Shown here one piece after another: positions 25,850-28,253 of a stretch of 28,253 nt of DNA; position 1 is the stretch's first letter; each line of letters begins with the position of its first letter. The stretch lies in UHGV virus genome UHGV-0121368; one strand, written 5' to 3'. Under the pieces are notes generated by a model. It had not been told where the DNA came from. It saw only the letters and a list, made by a program, of their open reading frames with translations, and did not search any database. The position numbers were made by a program, and so were the translations under genes. Origin of the DNA: a virus.

Positions 25850-26329
25850 ATGATGCTCGCGTTAGGTATGTTTGTTTTTATGCGCCAGACGCTGCCACAC
25901 CAGACCATGCAGCGTGAATCAGATTATCGCTGGCCGTCAAATTCCCGTATCGGCAAACGGGATGCCTATCAGTTTCTCGGTGTGGGTGAGGAAAACATGA
26001 CGCTTGCCGGTGTGCTTTATCCCGAACTGACCGGCGGAAAGCTGACGATGACCACGCTCAGGCTGATGGCAGAGGAAGGCCGGGCGTGGCCGTTGCTGGA
26101 TGGCACCGGCATGATTTACGGCATGTATGTCATCAGCAAGGTGAGTGAAACAGGGAGTATTTTCTTTGCAGACGGCACACCCCGGAAAATTGATTTTACG
26201 CTGTCACTCACCCGCGTTGATGAATCACTGGCCGCGCTTTATGGCGATATCGGTAAACAGGCGGAATCGCTCATCGGTAAGGCTGGCAGTATGGCGACTA
26301 AATTCACGGGTATGACGGGGGCGGGATAA
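25850..26329 (+). CDS. U: Tail protein U, 159 aa
   Basis: 159 aa, equal to P2 gpU. Confidence 0.85.
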   Translation: MMLALGMFVFMRQTLPHQTMQRESDYRWPSNSRIGKRDAYQFLGVGEENMTLAGVLYPELTGGKLTMTTLRLMAEEGRAWPLLDGTGMIYGMYVISKVSETGSIFFADGTPRKIDFTLSLTRVDESLAALYGDIGKQAESLIGKAGSMATKFTGMTGAG

Positions 26330-27492
26330 TGCTGGATGCGCTGACATTTGATGCAGGCAGTACGCTGACGCCGGATTACATGCTGATGCTCGACAGCAGG
26401 GATATTACCGGCAATATCAGCGACCGTCTGATGAGTATGACCCTGACGGATAACCGGGGCTTTGAGGCTGACCAGCTTGATATTGAACTGAACGATGCCG
26501 ACGGGCAGGTCGGGCTGCCGGTTCGTGGCGCTGTCCTGACGGTGTATATCGGCTGGAAAGGTTTTGCCCTGGTATGCAAAGGGAAATTTACCGTTGATGA
26601 GGTTGAACACCGGGGCGCTCCGGATGTGGTCACCATCCGCGCCCGGAGTGCAGATTTTCGCGGGACGCTCAATTCCCGCCGGGAAGGCTCCTGGCATGAC
26701 ACCACGCTCGGTGCGATTGTTGAGGCGATAGCCTCCCGTAACAGGCTGGAAGCCAGTGTCGCGCCGTCACTGGCAGGAATTAAAATCCCGCACATCGACC
26801 AGTCGCAGGAGTCCGACGCGAAATTCCTGACCCGTCTTGCAGAACGCAACGGCGGTGAGGTGTCGGTAAAAATGGGAAAACTGTTGTTTCTCAAAGCGGG
26901 GCAGGGGGTGACGGCCAGTGGTAAAAAAATCCCGCAGGTCACCATAACCCGCAGCGACGGCGACCGCCATCATTTTGCGATTGCTGACCGTGGAGCCTAT
27001 ACCGGCGTAACGGCAAAGTGGTTACACACCAAAGACCCGAAGCCGCAAAAGCAGAAGGTAAAACTGAAACGCAAAAAGAAAGAGAAACACCTGCGCGCAC
27101 TGGAGCACCCGAAAGCGAAACCGGTCAGGCAGAAGAAAGCGCCTAAAGTACCGGAAGCGCGCGAAGGTGAATACATGGCCGGTGAGGCTGACAACGTTTT
27201 TGCCCTGACCACGGTATATGCCACAAAAGCGCAGGCCATGCGCGCCGCTCAGGCGAAGTGGGATAAACTGCAACGGGGCGTTGCGGAGTTCTCCATCAGT
27301 CTGGCTACCGGTCGTGCTGATATTTACACGGAAACACCGGTTAAAGTGTCAGGCTTTAAGCGCGTCATAGACGAGCAGGACTGGACAATCACTAAGGTGA
27401 CACATTTTCTGAATAATAGCGGCTTCACGACGTCCTTGGAGCTTGAGGTCAGGCTTTCTGATGTGGAGTACGAAACAGAAGGTGATGAGTGA
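26329..27492 (+). CDS. D: Tail protein D (late control gene D), 387 aa
   Basis: 387 aa, equal to P2 gpD; overlaps the U stop. Confidence 0.85.
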   Translation: MLDALTFDAGSTLTPDYMLMLDSRDITGNISDRLMSMTLTDNRGFEADQLDIELNDADGQVGLPVRGAVLTVYIGWKGFALVCKGKFTVDEVEHRGAPDVVTIRARSADFRGTLNSRREGSWHDTTLGAIVEAIASRNRLEASVAPSLAGIKIPHIDQSQESDAKFLTRLAERNGGEVSVKMGKLLFLKAGQGVTASGKKIPQVTITRSDGDRHHFAIADRGAYTGVTAKWLHTKDPKPQKQKVKLKRKKKEKHLRALEHPKAKPVRQKKAPKVPEAREGEYMAGEADNVFALTTVYATKAQAMRAAQAKWDKLQRGVAEFSISLATGRADIYTETPVKVSGFKRVIDEQDWTITKVTHFLNNSGFTTSLELEVRLSDVEYETEGDE

Positions 27493-27573
27493 TGTTTTTA
27501 TTTTATCTGTTTGTTTTATAAGGATAAATTAACTAAAATGGCACCATCAACAAAACCGGAAGAGGTGCTCGCG

Positions 27574-27792
27574 ATGTTTCATTGTCCTTTATGCCAGCAT
27601 GCCGCACATGCGCGTACAAGCCGCTATATCACTGACACGACAAAAGAGCGTTATCACCAGTGTCAGAACGTGAATTGCAGCGCCACGTTCATAACTTATG
27701 AGTCGGTACAGCGATACATCGTGAAGCCGGGAGAAGTCCACGCCGTAAGGCCGCACCCGTTGCCGTCAGGGCAGCAAATTATGTGGATGTAA
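27574..27792 (+). CDS. ogr: Late-gene transcription activator Ogr (Cys4 zinc finger), 72 aa
   Basis: Start moved to the ATG at 27574 (GAAGAGG upstream); MFHCPLCQHAAHARTSRYITDTTKERYHQCQNVNCSATF carries C-x2-C ... C-x4-C; 72 aa, equal to P2 Ogr. Confidence 0.85.
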   Translation: MFHCPLCQHAAHARTSRYITDTTKERYHQCQNVNCSATFITYESVQRYIVKPGEVHAVRPHPLPSGQQIMWM

Positions 27793-27803
27793 TTACAAAC
27801 AGG

Positions 27804-27829
27804 AAGCCCCTCAGTCGAGGGGCTTTTTT
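27804..27829 (+). terminator. Rho-independent terminator after ogr
   Basis: AGCCCCTC-AGTC-GAGGGGCT hairpin followed by TTTTTT. Confidence 0.7.
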
Positions 27830-27892
27830 GTCGATGTGGTCAATGTGTGGACGTGACCAGAAATAAATCCTTTTATTTCATGTGATTAGATA

Positions 27893-27919
27893 TCAAAAAA
27901 TGTCACCAATAACTGACAT
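27893..27919 (-). pseudogene. pflA: Truncated 5' end of pflA (pyruvate formate-lyase activating enzyme): MSVIG then DIF-stop
   Basis: Minus-strand ATG 191 bp downstream of the pflB stop, with GGAGA Shine-Dalgarno; the first five codons match the PflA N-terminus as I recall it (MSVIGRIH...), then the sequence diverges into prophage DNA with a stop at codon 9. Confidence 0.45.
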
Positions 27920-28042
27920 TGCGGTGTTTCTCCAGATGTGGCCCATCTGAGGCCGTGTTGGTGCGCAGCTCGAAGGCTACGTCGAGTCTGTTTTGGCAGT
28001 CACCTTAAAGTATAGATAGCTGACAAAAAAGGCTCTCGCGCT

Positions 28043-28068
28043 AAAAAAGGCCCCACTTTCGTGGAGCC
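28043..28068 (-). terminator. Rho-independent terminator of pflB (minus strand)
   Basis: GGCTCCAC-GAAA-GTGGGGCC hairpin followed on the minus strand by TTTTTT, about 45 nt after the pflB stop. Confidence 0.7.
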
Positions 28069-28110
28069 TTTATTGTACGCTTTTTACTGTACGATTTCAG
28101 TCAAATCTAA

Positions 28111-28253
28111 TTACATAGATTGAGTGAAGGTACGAGTAATAACGTCCTGCTGCTGTTCTTTAGTCAGCGAGTTGAAACGTACTGCGTAGCCAGATACACG
28201 GATGGTCAGCTGCGGATATTTTTCCGGGTTTTCCATCGCGTCGAGCAGCATTT
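28111..28253 (-). CDS. pflB: 3' end of pyruvate formate-lyase (partial; continues beyond the window end)
   Basis: Minus-strand translation ...[46 protein letters not shown]-stop contains the glycyl-radical fingerprint RVSGY and the PflB C-terminus as I recall it. Confidence 0.75.
   Translation of the reverse strand, partial: MLLDAMENPEKYPQLTIRVSGYAVRFNSLTKEQQQDVITRTFTQSM

Larger units (their letters stand above)
1..27900. mobile_element. P2-like prophage, right-hand portion (B through ogr); left end with int/C/cox lies upstream of the window
   Basis: Gene order and product lengths match phage P2 from B to ogr (recalled); cos lies internally as expected for an integrated prophage; host pflA/pflB sequence follows from about 27905. 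Confidence 0.85.

Noticed and set aside
26376-27273. Minus-strand ORFs inside D (26376..26945, 26997..27239, 27022..27273)
   Set aside because: Antisense to the conserved gpD frame; no independent start context.
27511-27573. Longer start for ogr (MFYKDKLTKMAPSTKPEEVLA...)
   Set aside because: The ATG at 27574 gives the 72-aa Cys4 protein with a good ribosome-binding site; the upstream portion is AT-rich promoter-like DNA.
1-28253. CRISPR arrays, tRNA or rRNA genes
   Set aside because: No regularly spaced direct repeats and no tRNA-like structure noticed; the integration target appears to be a protein-coding gene (pflA), not a tRNA.

Overview
The window is almost entirely a P2-like (Peduovirus-type) temperate prophage in prophage-permuted order, beginning at replication gene B (int/C/cox lie upstream of the window) and ending at ogr, followed by the host pflA start and pflB 3' end. 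Gene order, protein lengths and motifs match P2 essentially gene for gene (recalled from memory, no database search was possible): B, four small ORFs, A, cos, Q/P on the minus strand, then O N M L X Y K lysA lysB(lysC) R S V W J I H G, FI FII E(E') T U D ogr. Two accessory loci stand out. (1) Between A and cos, the position where P2 carries tin/old, sits a single visibly AT-rich 440-aa ORF (3977..5299) of unrecognised function with an R-x4-H-G motif near its C-terminus; this is my best candidate for an undescribed single-gene anti-phage system. (2) The tail-fibre region is a Hin/Gin-type invertible segment (about 18197..19880) bounded by 26-bp inverted crossover sites that share an in-frame 12-bp core inside gene H, with an alternative H C-terminus stored on the opposite strand and a serine invertase gene at 20537..21130; between the segment and the invertase lies an AT-rich 105-aa unknown ORF at the P2 Z/fun position. 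Also present: a -1 frameshift site for E/E', an embedded o-spanin, the 19-nt cos sequence, and a right prophage junction that appears to interrupt pflA after codon 5. GC statements are by eye, not computed.
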